Shown piece by piece: positions 20,833-30,064 of a stretch of 64,000 nt of DNA; within the stretch, counting starts at the first letter, position 1; each line of letters starts with the position of its first letter. Source of the stretch: a virus (Duplodnaviria; Caudoviricetes); the IMG/VR virus record IMGVR_UViG_2595698882_000001, positions 64,001-128,000 of that record. One strand, given 5' to 3'. The position numbers and the translations under genes are program-made. The notes below the pieces were generated by a model. That model had not been told where the DNA came from. It saw nothing but the letters and a program-made list of their open reading frames with translations, and made no database searches.

Positions 20833-21594
20833 TTGAAAGAGATTGATGTTCTATATCAACTTGGAAAGGGTGCTGTAGCTCCAACGCAGGGTTATGAAGA
20901 CGACTTCGCTTATGACATGTACGCTGCGGAAGGTCGGCTAGTGCCACCGAGGAACTACTTCTCAGTCATCGTTCCCACTAACCTAAAGACTGCTTTTGAC
21001 CCTATCGCTGCCGGACTTAAAATCTCCTTGCGTAGTGGTGTGGCAGTTAAAACACCTTTGGCTATCTCTAACTCACCGGGAATCGTGGAAGGTACATACC
21101 GAGATGGTATTGGTATCCTAGTACGTAACACCTTCATTGACGACAGCTTAGTGGACTTCGTAATGACTGTGGAAGGTAAACAACTCCCGGTAAGTAAAGT
21201 ACCTAAACAGGTTTTGCAAGAGGCTAGACGTTTCTATGATAAGGAGTCTGAAGCCTTAGGTTATGCAAAACCAACTACCCCGGAAGGCATGGCATCGGAT
21301 AAGGTAGCCTATCGTACTCATGTGCCTCGTGGAACGGTATATATCGCTAAACATGACCGTATTGCCCAAATGCACTTCTCAGAAAAGATCGGTGCCAACT
21401 TCAAAGAGCATAAAGGGACTTTACCTTCGTCCGTTCGTGGGGAGAATAAGTTTGGTAGTTCAGGGACCTCCGTAAACATCCCGAAACAACCGGAGTACCT
21501 TGAACCAGACCCGCTAGATGAGGCGTTCGAAGCTCGACAGAAAACCCTCAAGCAGGCTATCGAGGACGCCCAGAAGCTAAAGAAAAAGGAGTAG
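20833..21594 (+). CDS. dut: Trimeric dUTPase-like protein with internal insertion
   Basis: AYDM, RSG, GIVEGTYRDG, DRIAQ and RG..KFGSSG (motifs I-V). Confidence 0.8.
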   Translation: MKEIDVLYQLGKGAVAPTQGYEDDFAYDMYAAEGRLVPPRNYFSVIVPTNLKTAFDPIAAGLKISLRSGVAVKTPLAISNSPGIVEGTYRDGIGILVRNTFIDDSLVDFVMTVEGKQLPVSKVPKQVLQEARRFYDKESEALGYAKPTTPEGMASDKVAYRTHVPRGTVYIAKHDRIAQMHFSEKIGANFKEHKGTLPSSVRGENKFGSSGTSVNIPKQPEYLEPDPLDEAFEARQKTLKQAIEDAQKLKKKE

Positions 21595-21598
21595 CCTT

Positions 21599-21928
21599 AT
21601 GAAAGACACACTCATACTAGATTATCTAAAAAAGTTGTCGGAGTGCTCTAACGCAGAGGAGGCTACTTACGTCCGAATGTTGGAAGGTCACCAAGAGTTA
21701 ACACTGGACCAAGTTGCTACAGCTATGCGGACAATGGTAGGTCAGTTAGTAGACTACATTGATGAGTCTAACGAAGCTGCACAGAAACTTCAGGAGATGC
21801 GTTTAATTGCTATTCTAGAAGAGCTACCGGAAGATATCCAAGAAAGAGTAAGACACAAGTTTTTAGAAGTTGATGATGATTTACTAAATGATGATAATGA
21901 AGGAGACAATCAAAATGACAAACAATAA
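21599..21928 (+). CDS. Hypothetical protein
   Basis: RBS; tightly packed operon. Confidence 0.65.
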   Translation: MKDTLILDYLKKLSECSNAEEATYVRMLEGHQELTLDQVATAMRTMVGQLVDYIDESNEAAQKLQEMRLIAILEELPEDIQERVRHKFLEVDDDLLNDDNEGDNQNDKQ

Positions 21929-22298
21929 AAGCCAAGAACCTATTTCCGCACAGGACCTTAATGTATATTTTACCTACCTGCTCACGCAGCACGTAGAGAA
22001 CGAAAAGCACGCTAAGCAGATTAACCGCCTTTCTAGACGCACAACCACACTTAGTGATGTTGCAGTTGTATTTAACAAGCTGGTGGAACACCAAGAGCAG
22101 AAGATTACCCAGCTCATGGAAAGAGTTCGTAAACAGGAGAAGGTGCTTAGAAAACTAGGAGCAACAGATGAGATGTTTGCAGAGGTTGACAAGGAGTATG
22201 AAGAAGAGATTAGCCAGTTCATTAAGATGATCGAAGAAGCCCAGAAAAGAAACGAAAAGGTTGTGCCTGTGGAACCAGAGAAAGAAGATGAGGAGTAA
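21915..22298 (+). CDS. Hypothetical coiled-coil protein
   Basis: AGGAG RBS before ATG 21915. Confidence 0.65.
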   Translation: MTNNKSQEPISAQDLNVYFTYLLTQHVENEKHAKQINRLSRRTTTLSDVAVVFNKLVEHQEQKITQLMERVRKQEKVLRKLGATDEMFAEVDKEYEEEISQFIKMIEEAQKRNEKVVPVEPEKEDEE

Positions 22299-22558
22299 TG
22301 GCTAAATACCGGAAGAAGCCTGTTGTTGTAGATGCCTTCCTCTTTAATGTCGATCCCACTCCTGACTGGTTTATTGAGAAGACAAACTCACGGGAAATCG
22401 TACTAGGCTACGAAATGGATTCTAGATTCTGTCTGATACCTACTTTAGAGGGTACAATGTGCGGATCAGAAGGGGACTATATCATCAGAGGAGTCCAAGG
22501 TGAAATTTATCCTTGTAAAGCAGACATCTTCGAAGCTACATATGAAAAGGTGGAGTAG
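22298..22558 (+). CDS. Small conserved phage protein (PGDYG-like), possible nucleotide sponge
   Basis: YRKKPVVV.A...TLEG.M....GDYII.GV.GE.YPCK.DIFE.TYE family signature. Confidence 0.7.
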   Translation: MAKYRKKPVVVDAFLFNVDPTPDWFIEKTNSREIVLGYEMDSRFCLIPTLEGTMCGSEGDYIIRGVQGEIYPCKADIFEATYEKVE

Positions 22559-22561
22559 TCT

Positions 22562-23116
22562 ATGGGCAAAAAATCAAAAGTAAAAGGTGCATCATATGAA
22601 CTTAAAATTGCGAAGCTTCTGACTCCGTGGTGGGGTGCTGGTACGTTTAACCGTGCCCCTGCCTCTGGTGCCCTGCACTGGGGACGGGACCAGCGGGTTG
22701 CTGGAGATATTGTAGCTCCTCCAGAAGCGAAATTCCCCTTTGTGATTGAATGTAAGAAGCGAGAAGAGTGGACTATGGATCACATTCTGTTAGACATCGG
22801 ACAGCCTAGAGAGTGGTGGAAGCAGGTTGTAATGGACGCTCGGAGAGTTGAGCAAGTACCTATCCTTATCTTCTCTCGAAACAGAGCTAAAGATTTTATT
22901 ATGATTCCTTACGAACCCTCTATGTATGACAAGCTAAACGCAGTAGAAAAAACAGCTATGATTACCACAGTCAGTATTAACAACATAAGAGACGAAGTAG
23001 AATACTTCGATGTAATTGTAAGTACATACGACTCATTAACAAAGATATCCCCATCAGAGGTTAAAGAGTATGCTGCCGCTGTAGACTGGGATAAGTATAA
23101 GGATGAATACCAGTAA
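22562..23116 (+). CDS. Holliday junction resolvase (Hjc-like PD-(D/E)XK)
   Basis: SK.KG..YE, SGA, GDI and IECKK motifs. Confidence 0.85.
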   Translation: MGKKSKVKGASYELKIAKLLTPWWGAGTFNRAPASGALHWGRDQRVAGDIVAPPEAKFPFVIECKKREEWTMDHILLDIGQPREWWKQVVMDARRVEQVPILIFSRNRAKDFIMIPYEPSMYDKLNAVEKTAMITTVSINNIRDEVEYFDVIVSTYDSLTKISPSEVKEYAAAVDWDKYKDEYQ

Positions 23117-23132
23117 AGAATAAAAAAAAATT

Positions 23133-23213
23133 CCCCTACAATGTAGTTGAAAAAATACTATATGTAGGGGGTTTTTATGAATTTAGGGACTATACAAACA
23201 CTATATTATGTGT
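23133..23213 (+). promoter_or_regulatory. Terminator-like hairpin overlapping putative NrdR boxes upstream of nrdI
   Basis: CCCCTACA...TGTAGGGG stem plus T run; ATACTATATGTAGGGG (23155) and ACACTATATTATGTGT (23198) resemble acaCwAtATaTwGtgt. Confidence 0.55.
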
Positions 23214-23271
23214 TACAATATGACTGTAACCTTCTTAAAATAAGACTGTAACAAAGGAGGGACTTCGGAGA

Positions 23272-23649
23272 TTGTTACTTACATATGAAAGCAAGACAGG
23301 GAATGTCAGACGCTTTATTGGTAAGGTCGAGAAGGGGTACAGCATTAAAACAGAGGAAATCACTGAAGACCTTAAGGTACAGGAACCTTTCATCCATGTA
23401 ACTTACACTACAGGGTTCGGACAGGTACCTGACAAAACTCTAAAATTTATAGAAAACAACAAGAACAACTTCGTAGGCGTAGCCGTGAGCGGCAATCGAA
23501 ACTGGGGAGATAGATACGGATTAGCCGGAGACAAACTCTCCGAACAGTTCAATGTCCCTCTACTACATAAATTCGAGATGAGCGGAACAGCTACAGACCT
23601 TGACAAGTTTATACAGGAGGTAAAGATCATTGGAAAACAATATTCCTAA
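23272..23649 (+). CDS. nrdI: Flavodoxin-like NrdI
   Basis: YESKTGNVRRF, TYTTGFG.VP, SGNRNWG and KFEMSGT motifs. Confidence 0.95.
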   Translation: MLLTYESKTGNVRRFIGKVEKGYSIKTEEITEDLKVQEPFIHVTYTTGFGQVPDKTLKFIENNKNNFVGVAVSGNRNWGDRYGLAGDKLSEQFNVPLLHKFEMSGTATDLDKFIQEVKIIGKQYS

Positions 23650-25729
23650 GTGGGTACGACTTAACAACGAGATCATGATTCAGAAGGACGGCAAGTTCCA
23701 GTTTGAAAAGGACAAAGAAGCCGTTCATAGCTATTTTGTGGACTATGTGAATCAGAACACTGTGTTCTTCCACAACCTTAAAGAGAAGCTTGACTACTTG
23801 ATCGAAAACGAGTATTACGAAGAGGAGTTTTTATCTAAATACTCTTTCGAGGATATCAAAGAGGTTTTCAAGCTGGCTTACAGTAAGAAGTTCCGTTTCC
23901 CTTCATTCATGAGTGCATTTAAGTTTTATAATGACTACGCACTTAAAACAAATGACAAGAAGAAGCTGCTTGAGCGTTATGAGGACCGCATCTCTATCGT
24001 AGCTCTATTCTTTGCTGATGGGGACACTGAGAAGGCTAAGCAGTACGTTGAAATGATGATCCAGCAGGACTACCAACCAAGTACACCTACATTCCTTAAC
24101 GCAGGCAGAAAAAGACGTGGAGAACTTGTCAGCTGCTTCCTCATGGAAGTCGGGGATTCTCTAAATGACATTTCTAAGGCTATTGATATGTCCATGCAGC
24201 TTTCTAAATTAGGCGGAGGGGTGTCATTAAACCTTTCTAAGCTCCGTGCTAAGGGAGAAGCTATTAAAGGGGTAGAAAACGCTACTAAAGGTGTTGTAGG
24301 GGTAATGAAGCTCCTAGATAACGCATTCCGTTACGCAGACCAAATGGGGCAGCGCCAAGGGTCAGGTGCGGCATATCTAAACATCTTCCACAGGGACATT
24401 AACGATTTCTTAGATACTAAGAAAATCTCTGCGGACGAAGATGTACGTGTGAAGACGCTCTCTATCGGTGTAGTCATCCCTGATAAGTTCGTAGAGCTTG
24501 CACGAGAAGATAAGGACGTATTCGTGTTCTACCCACACACTGTCTATAAAGAGTACGGGCAGCACATGGATGAGATGGATATGAACGAAATGTACGACAA
24601 GTTGGTTGAGAACCCTAATGTCAAGAAAGAAGCTCTAAACGCTCGTAAACTTCTTGAGAAGATGGCAATGCTCAGATCAGAGTCAGGGTACCCGTATATC
24701 ATGTTCCAAGACAACGTAAACAAAGTACACGCCAATAATAACATCTCAAAAGTCAAGTTTTCAAATCTATGTTCGGAAGTTCTCCAAGCATCTCAAGTTT
24801 CTAACTACACGGACTACGATGAAGAGGATGAAATTGGATTAGATATCTCTTGTAACTTAGGTTCTATTAACATCCTGAATGTAATGAATCATAAGACGAT
24901 TAAAGAAACTGTTAAGCTGGCTACAGACTCGCTAACTAGGGTTACTGATACTACACGTATTGTCAACGCTCCGGCAGTAAACCGAGGAAACCAGCTGATG
25001 AAGTCCATTGGTTTAGGTGCAATGAACTTACATGGGTACCTTGCTACTAATGGAATTGCTTACGAAAGCCCTACTGCCCGGGAGTTTGCTAACGTATTTT
25101 TCGCTGCTGTAAACTTTTACTCCATTGAGCGTTCTAACGAGATCGCTGTAGAAACAGGAGAGACATACGAAGGCTTTGAAGGCTCTACATACGCTTCAGG
25201 TGAGTATTTTGACAAATACATTAACAACAGTTTCCTACCGAAGTCAGATAAGATTAAAGAGCTATTTGAGGGTATGGAACTGCCAACTAAGGAGGACTGG
25301 GCAGCCCTTAAAGAGAAAGTCATGAAGGGCGGCATGTATCATAGTTACAGACTATGTATTGCTCCTACAGGATCAATCTCTTATGTACAGTCTAGTACCG
25401 CTTCTGTCATGCCGATCATGGAGAGAATTGAAGAGCGTACATACGGAAACAGCAAAACCTACTACCCTATGCCGGGACTGTCCTCTAATAACTGGTTCTT
25501 CTTTAAAGAAGCTTATGACATGGATATGTTTAACGTAGTAGACATGATTGCTACAATTCAGCAGCATGTTGACCAAGGGATCAGCTTCACATTGTTCCTT
25601 AAGGATACAATGACAACTAGAGACTTAAACAGAATCGACTTATATGCACATCACAAAGGTATTAAGACCCTGTACTATGCTCGTACCAAAGATACTGGGC
25701 AAGACAGCTGCTTATCCTGTGTGGTTTAA
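23630..25729 (+). CDS. nrdE: Class Ib ribonucleotide reductase, alpha subunit
   Basis: TPTFLNAG, VSCF, SNLCSE, CNLGS, APTGSIS, KTLYY and C-terminal CxxC. Confidence 0.97.
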   Translation: MENNIPKWVRLNNEIMIQKDGKFQFEKDKEAVHSYFVDYVNQNTVFFHNLKEKLDYLIENEYYEEEFLSKYSFEDIKEVFKLAYSKKFRFPSFMSAFKFYNDYALKTNDKKKLLERYEDRISIVALFFADGDTEKAKQYVEMMIQQDYQPSTPTFLNAGRKRRGELVSCFLMEVGDSLNDISKAIDMSMQLSKLGGGVSLNLSKLRAKGEAIKGVENATKGVVGVMKLLDNAFRYADQMGQRQGSGAAYLNIFHRDINDFLDTKKISADEDVRVKTLSIGVVIPDKFVELAREDKDVFVFYPHTVYKEYGQHMDEMDMNEMYDKLVENPNVKKEALNARKLLEKMAMLRSESGYPYIMFQDNVNKVHANNNISKVKFSNLCSEVLQASQVSNYTDYDEEDEIGLDISCNLGSINILNVMNHKTIKETVKLATDSLTRVTDTTRIVNAPAVNRGNQLMKSIGLGAMNLHGYLATNGIAYESPTAREFANVFFAAVNFYSIERSNEIAVETGETYEGFEGSTYASGEYFDKYINNSFLPKSDKIKELFEGMELPTKEDWAALKEKVMKGGMYHSYRLCIAPTGSISYVQSSTASVMPIMERIEERTYGNSKTYYPMPGLSSNNWFFFKEAYDMDMFNVVDMIATIQQHVDQGISFTLFLKDTMTTRDLNRIDLYAHHKGIKTLYYARTKDTGQDSCLSCVV

Positions 25730-25753
25730 TCTAAATAACTAGGAGGAGATTTT

Positions 25754-26146
25754 ATGTGGGGAGACGGGTATGAGCATTCAAACGTAGAAGAGCTTAAGGG
25801 TAAGGTGCTAACAGAGGTAGAGGACACAGGTTACAATGTATTGTACTTCCGCACTACCGATGGAGAGACATATAAGATGCATCATGAGCAGGATTGCTGC
25901 GAGTCTGTATCCCTTGAAGATGTTATTGGAGACTTAGATGATCTTGTTGGTGAACCTATTCTGATGGCTGAAGAGGTCACTGAAGATGGGAGAAACGGCT
26001 ACGACTCAGAGACTTGGACCTTTTATAAGTTCGCTACTATCAAAGGTTACGTCACTCTTAGATGGTATGGAACTTCAAACGGCTATTACTCAGAGTCTGT
26101 AGACTTCGAAAAGCTGGTCAAGGAGGATTCTGATGGAGCTTGGTAG
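25754..26146 (+). CDS. Conserved acidic phage protein inserted in the nrd operon
   Basis: HEQDCCESV, TWTFYK and WYG.SNGYYSE signature. Confidence 0.75.
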   Translation: MWGDGYEHSNVEELKGKVLTEVEDTGYNVLYFRTTDGETYKMHHEQDCCESVSLEDVIGDLDDLVGEPILMAEEVTEDGRNGYDSETWTFYKFATIKGYVTLRWYGTSNGYYSESVDFEKLVKEDSDGAW

Positions 26147-26309
26147 GGAAATTGAAGAGTTAGGCTCTCGTATTTACGGAGCTATACATCATGGAGAGTG
26201 TTTCTACGAGGAGAGCGAGCTACTAAGCTTTCTCTCCGAGCTTAAAAAATTGGAAGAGCTAACAAAGAAGCATTATGCAGAGAATCAGGAGGAACGTTTA
26301 GATGACTGA
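26133..26309 (+). CDS. Hypothetical 58-aa protein, absent from the ORF track
   Basis: AGGAGG RBS; [16 protein letters not shown]...; overlaps the nrdF start. Confidence 0.65.
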   Translation: MELGREIEELGSRIYGAIHHGECFYEESELLSFLSELKKLEELTKKHYAENQEERLDD

Positions 26310-27285
26310 AAAAATTTACACCGCTGCGGACTGGTCTAAACCAGACGATGACTTTACACAGATGTTTTACAACCAGAATGTCAAACAGTTCTGGCTCCCA
26401 GAAGAAATTGCCCTTAACGGTGACTTGCTTACTTGGAAGAATCTTAGTGTACAGGAACAAGATACTTATATGAAGGTTCTGGCTGGTCTTACATTACTAG
26501 ACACGGAGCAGGGGAACACAGGGATTCCTACCATTGCTGAACATATAAACGGACACCAGCGAAAAGCCGTACTGAACTTCATGGCTATGATGGAAAACTC
26601 GGTGCATGCTAAATCGTACAGCAACATTTTCCTTACATTAGCACCTACTGAGAAAATTAATGAAGTATTCGAGTGGGTTAAGAACAACAAATATCTTCAA
26701 AAGAAAGCGAAGATCATTGTATCTGTTTACGAGAGTATTGAAAAAGGTAATGATGCTTCACTATTTATGGCTCTAGTAGCGTCTGTGTTCCTTGAAAGTT
26801 TCTTGTTCTACAGCGGATTCTACTACCCGTTATACTTCTATGGTCAAGGTAAACTCATGCAGTCAGGAGAAATTATCAACCTGATTATCCGGGATGAAGC
26901 AATTCATGGGTCTTATATTGGCTTACTTGCTCAAGAGATTTACAATAAGCAAGATGAAGAAACCCAAGGTGTCTTTAAAGCTAAGGCTATGGAGCTGCTC
27001 ACGGCTCTGTACGATAATGAGATGGACTATACAGAGGATGTGTACAGTTCAGTAGGTCTGACAGCCGATGTTAAAAAGTTTGTCCGATATAACGGGAATA
27101 AGGCTCTTAACAACTTAGGTTGGGAAGGTACCTTTGAAGAGGAAGACGTTAACCCTATTGTAATCAACGGTTTAAGCACAAAGACAAAATCCTTTGACTT
27201 CTTTTCCATGAAAGGTAACGGATACAAGAAGGCTACAGTAGAGCCACTACAAAACGAAGATTTCTATTTTGGGGAGAGAGACTAA
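26302..27285 (+). CDS. nrdF: Class Ib ribonucleotide reductase, beta subunit
   Basis: [27 protein letters not shown] and RDEAIHG; all metal ligands present. Confidence 0.97.
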   Translation: MTEKIYTAADWSKPDDDFTQMFYNQNVKQFWLPEEIALNGDLLTWKNLSVQEQDTYMKVLAGLTLLDTEQGNTGIPTIAEHINGHQRKAVLNFMAMMENSVHAKSYSNIFLTLAPTEKINEVFEWVKNNKYLQKKAKIIVSVYESIEKGNDASLFMALVASVFLESFLFYSGFYYPLYFYGQGKLMQSGEIINLIIRDEAIHGSYIGLLAQEIYNKQDEETQGVFKAKAMELLTALYDNEMDYTEDVYSSVGLTADVKKFVRYNGNKALNNLGWEGTFEEEDVNPIVINGLSTKTKSFDFFSMKGNGYKKATVEPLQNEDFYFGERD

Positions 27286-27521
27286 TGAGTAAACTTATTC
27301 TTTTGAAAAAGCACAATTGTACAGGGTGTGAGCTAGTAGACCTGTACTTGACAAATGAAGGAGCAGACTACCGCACGTACAACGTAGAAGAGGCACCGGA
27401 AATTGCTGCACAGTATGGGGTAATGTCTGTACCAGTCCTCATCAAGCTGGACGATGAGGGGAACGAGCAGGAGCGCATTGTAGGGTACGCCCCTAGTGCT
27501 ATAAGTGAAATGATTGAATAA
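27285..27521 (+). CDS. NrdH/thioredoxin-like redoxin
   Basis: CTGC and YGVMSVP motifs; last gene of the nrd operon. Confidence 0.85.
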   Translation: MSKLILLKKHNCTGCELVDLYLTNEGADYRTYNVEEAPEIAAQYGVMSVPVLIKLDDEGNEQERIVGYAPSAISEMIE

Positions 27522-27525
27522 GCAA

Positions 27526-27560
27526 GGGAGCAGGACTTTATGTCTTGCTCTTTTTTTTTT
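27526..27560 (+). terminator. Rho-independent terminator, followed by a TTGACA promoter at about 27562
   Basis: GAGCAGGAC/GTCTTGCTC stem followed by a long T run. Confidence 0.75.
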
Positions 27561-27622
27561 GTTGACAGGAAGGTTATACCATGGTAGACTGTAACTATCT
27601 TATAAAATACAGGAGGTTACTC

Positions 27623-27820
27623 ATGGCGTATAACAACATGAACGGTAGACTAATTGATCCTAGAGTCAGTGATTACATCCAGTTACTTCAGGACCACATG
27701 GAAGTATATGGAGATACCCGTGTTAAGGCTTACTTTGAAGGAGAGCTAGTACATCATGAAGTTCAAGCGGAGCATTTTAGGAACGCCTTAGTGCTTAACT
27801 TTGAGGAGGAAGAAGAATGA
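27623..27820 (+). CDS. Hypothetical protein
   Basis: AGGAGG RBS before ATG 27623. Confidence 0.65.
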   Translation: MAYNNMNGRLIDPRVSDYIQLLQDHMEVYGDTRVKAYFEGELVHHEVQAEHFRNALVLNFEEEEE

Positions 27821-28590
27821 GACACACAATGGAACTAAAAATGGTCGGAACAGGGTCAGCGTTCTCGAAGAAGTTTTACAATAACAGCGCTTTAGTTCAA
27901 TTTACAAATGGGTACAACCTGCTTATTGACTGCGGACACTCTGTACCGAAAGGTCTTCATTATTTAGGAATCCCATTAGAAAGTATTGATGGTATCCTTA
28001 TCACTCATACGCATGCAGACCACATCGGAGGCTTAGAAGAAGTAGCCTTGTATAATAAATTCGTTTTGGGTGGAAGAAAAATTGATCTTCTCGTACCGAA
28101 TACGCTAGTAGAATCCTTATGGGAGAACAGCTTAAAAGGCGGGCTTCGTTACCCGGATGAGGACTCCTCCGAGCCGGAGCTTAGTGACTACTTTACGGTC
28201 CGTAGTCTAAAAACATCAAGTTACGGGGTAGCACACACTCAAATTGAAGAGAACATGGCTGTTAGATTGTACCCTACAGTACATGTCTCGCATATGGACA
28301 GCTATGCTGTAGGGCTAGTTGATCGTGGGGAAGATAAGGTATTCTATTCCTCAGACACTATATTTGACGAATATCTCATTGACTACGCTCTAACCTACTC
28401 GTGGGTCTTTCACGACTGCCAGTTTTTCACTGGAGGGGTACATGCTAGTCTAGATGAGCTTCTTAACTATATTCCTGAAGAGGATCAAGACCGAGTGTTT
28501 CTTATGCACTATGGAGACAATCTGGAAGACTTTTTTAATAAGACAGGTCGGATGAGGTTTGCGCTGCAAGGACGGACATACATTCTTTAA
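27817..28590 (+). CDS. apyc1: Anti-Pycsar protein Apyc1 (MBL-fold cCMP/cUMP phosphodiesterase)
   Basis: GTGSAF, LIDCG, THTHADH, YSSDT, FHDCQ...VHA and LMHYGD motifs; very close to the Bsp38/SBSphiJ Apyc1 sequence as recalled. Confidence 0.88.
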   Translation: MRHTMELKMVGTGSAFSKKFYNNSALVQFTNGYNLLIDCGHSVPKGLHYLGIPLESIDGILITHTHADHIGGLEEVALYNKFVLGGRKIDLLVPNTLVESLWENSLKGGLRYPDEDSSEPELSDYFTVRSLKTSSYGVAHTQIEENMAVRLYPTVHVSHMDSYAVGLVDRGEDKVFYSSDTIFDEYLIDYALTYSWVFHDCQFFTGGVHASLDELLNYIPEEDQDRVFLMHYGDNLEDFFNKTGRMRFALQGRTYIL

Positions 28591-28606
28591 AGGAGGTTAC
28601 ACGGTA

Positions 28607-28798
28607 ATGGGAACGATACTAAACGAGGAAGAAATTTTCAAAAGTAAAGGTTTGATGTTAATTATTACGGGGGCAACAGCTTTAGTTGAAGAAGAGGGAA
28701 TGACACCCCGAGAAGCCTTAGAACAACTAGAAAAGGTTAAAAATACGATCTGGGGCGCTCTTAATGAAATCCATGCAGAGCAGGGCGGTACGAAGTAA
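28607..28798 (+). CDS. Hypothetical protein
   Basis: AGGAGG RBS before ATG 28607. Confidence 0.65.
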   Translation: MGTILNEEEIFKSKGLMLIITGATALVEEEGMTPREALEQLEKVKNTIWGALNEIHAEQGGTK

Positions 28799-28953
28799 TG
28801 AGGGAATCCCCTTGTATTAAATGTGGAAAGATGACGGATGCAGACATGACAATGTGCTGCGATGGTCGGGAGTGTGGCTGCATGGGACTTCCTATCCATC
28901 CACCTCTGTGTGAAGAGTGTGGAGAGACATTTTTTGAGGAGGGCGTGGAGTGA
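28798..28953 (+). CDS. 51-aa Cys-rich protein (8 Cys), absent from the ORF track
   Basis: MRESPCIKCGK...CCDGRECGCMGLP..PPLCEEC; TAATG and GTGA coupling with neighbours. Confidence 0.7.
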   Translation: MRESPCIKCGKMTDADMTMCCDGRECGCMGLPIHPPLCEECGETFFEEGVE

Positions 28954-29144
28954 GAGGTAAAGCGATCTACCTAACCCGAGAAGAAATGAAAATGATTGAG
29001 TTGTGTTTGGGTAATGTGGAACCGGAGGACTTTATTGCTACAGAAAACAAATGGGAGAACTTGGAACCCGATCATAGAGCATACAAAGCATGGCATTCGG
29101 TATCAGATAAGATTTTCAAAGCATTAAGGGAGGGTGCAGAGTGA
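28950..29144 (+). CDS. Hypothetical protein
   Basis: RBS; translational coupling. Confidence 0.6.
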   Translation: MRGKAIYLTREEMKMIELCLGNVEPEDFIATENKWENLEPDHRAYKAWHSVSDKIFKALREGAE

Positions 29145-29365
29145 TTGAGGTTATCGTAAAAAGTAAAATTAGCGGCAGATTAAAAAGAGGATTATTCACT
29201 GCAAGGCAGTTACTAGACACTTACGAGGATGATCTTGTCTGTACCTTGACGGAATGTAATTGCCAGCCTGTAGGGGAAACATACGTAGTAGACTGCAACT
29301 GTTGTGATGAGTGGGAAGACTACGAGATTTCATTTAATATTGAGAACAGGGAGGAGCAAAAATGA
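29141..29365 (+). CDS. Cys-rich hypothetical protein
   Basis: C...ECNCQPVGET.VVDCNCC. Confidence 0.65.
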   Translation: MIEVIVKSKISGRLKRGLFTARQLLDTYEDDLVCTLTECNCQPVGETYVVDCNCCDEWEDYEISFNIENREEQK

Positions 29366-29742
29366 AAATGTTAAAACTATCGGAACTGCCTGATGACACA
29401 GAGCTAGGGGTTGACGGGTCTGGCATAATCCAAACAGTGTCTGAGATAAAGTGGGGAATACAGAAGTACGGAGAACCTTATCACTTGGAGGGGGACTGGT
29501 ATACAATCAAACGGAAAAAGTGGCGTCCCGATGCAACTAGGATGTTAGAAGGTTACATTGAGGATGAGCTGGATGATATGTATGATGATTGGGATGAACG
29601 AGCTTGGGACTGCCTCCCGGATGAAGTAGTAAGTAAAATTCAAGGTATACTGAACGAAGCTTTTAAAGGAGACTACGCTACAGCATACTGGACCTACGAG
29701 CAGCCTGTTGATATTGATATTTACCCTTATCAGAAAGGATGA
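29362..29742 (+). CDS. Acidic hypothetical protein
   Basis: GGAGG RBS; coupled to upstream gene. Confidence 0.65.
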   Translation: MKMLKLSELPDDTELGVDGSGIIQTVSEIKWGIQKYGEPYHLEGDWYTIKRKKWRPDATRMLEGYIEDELDDMYDDWDERAWDCLPDEVVSKIQGILNEAFKGDYATAYWTYEQPVDIDIYPYQKG

Positions 29743-29748
29743 CACAGA

Positions 29749-29961
29749 TTGAAGACAGAGATGACCATTGATGGAGGAGAGCTCACCATTAGTACCGTAG
29801 ACGGTGTATTTAGTGCCACAATAGACATCGAGACCGGGGAGGTCATAAGCTTTGTATACACAGTAGCAACAGCTCCACAGGTGGCTGCATTTGCAAACAA
29901 GGTCAAGACTCGGTACAACAAGTTTCTCCGTAGTAAAGATATTGATGATTTTATCAACTAG
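29749..29961 (+). CDS. Hypothetical protein
   Basis: ORF followed by a terminator at 29961-29992. Confidence 0.55.
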   Translation: MKTEMTIDGGELTISTVDGVFSATIDIETGEVISFVYTVATAPQVAAFANKVKTRYNKFLRSKDIDDFIN

Positions 29962-30064
29962 GTAGAGGGGTTTCTGCTCCCTACCTTTTTTCCGTTCTAT
30001 GTTATAATAAGGGTATAGGAATATACATACAATTCTGAAAAATACATAGATAGGACGGATTAAC

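Noticed and set aside
23630-27285. Intron or intein in nrdE/nrdF, or a metal-free class Ie RNR
   Set aside because: Both ORFs are uninterrupted and of normal length, and all NrdF metal ligands are present
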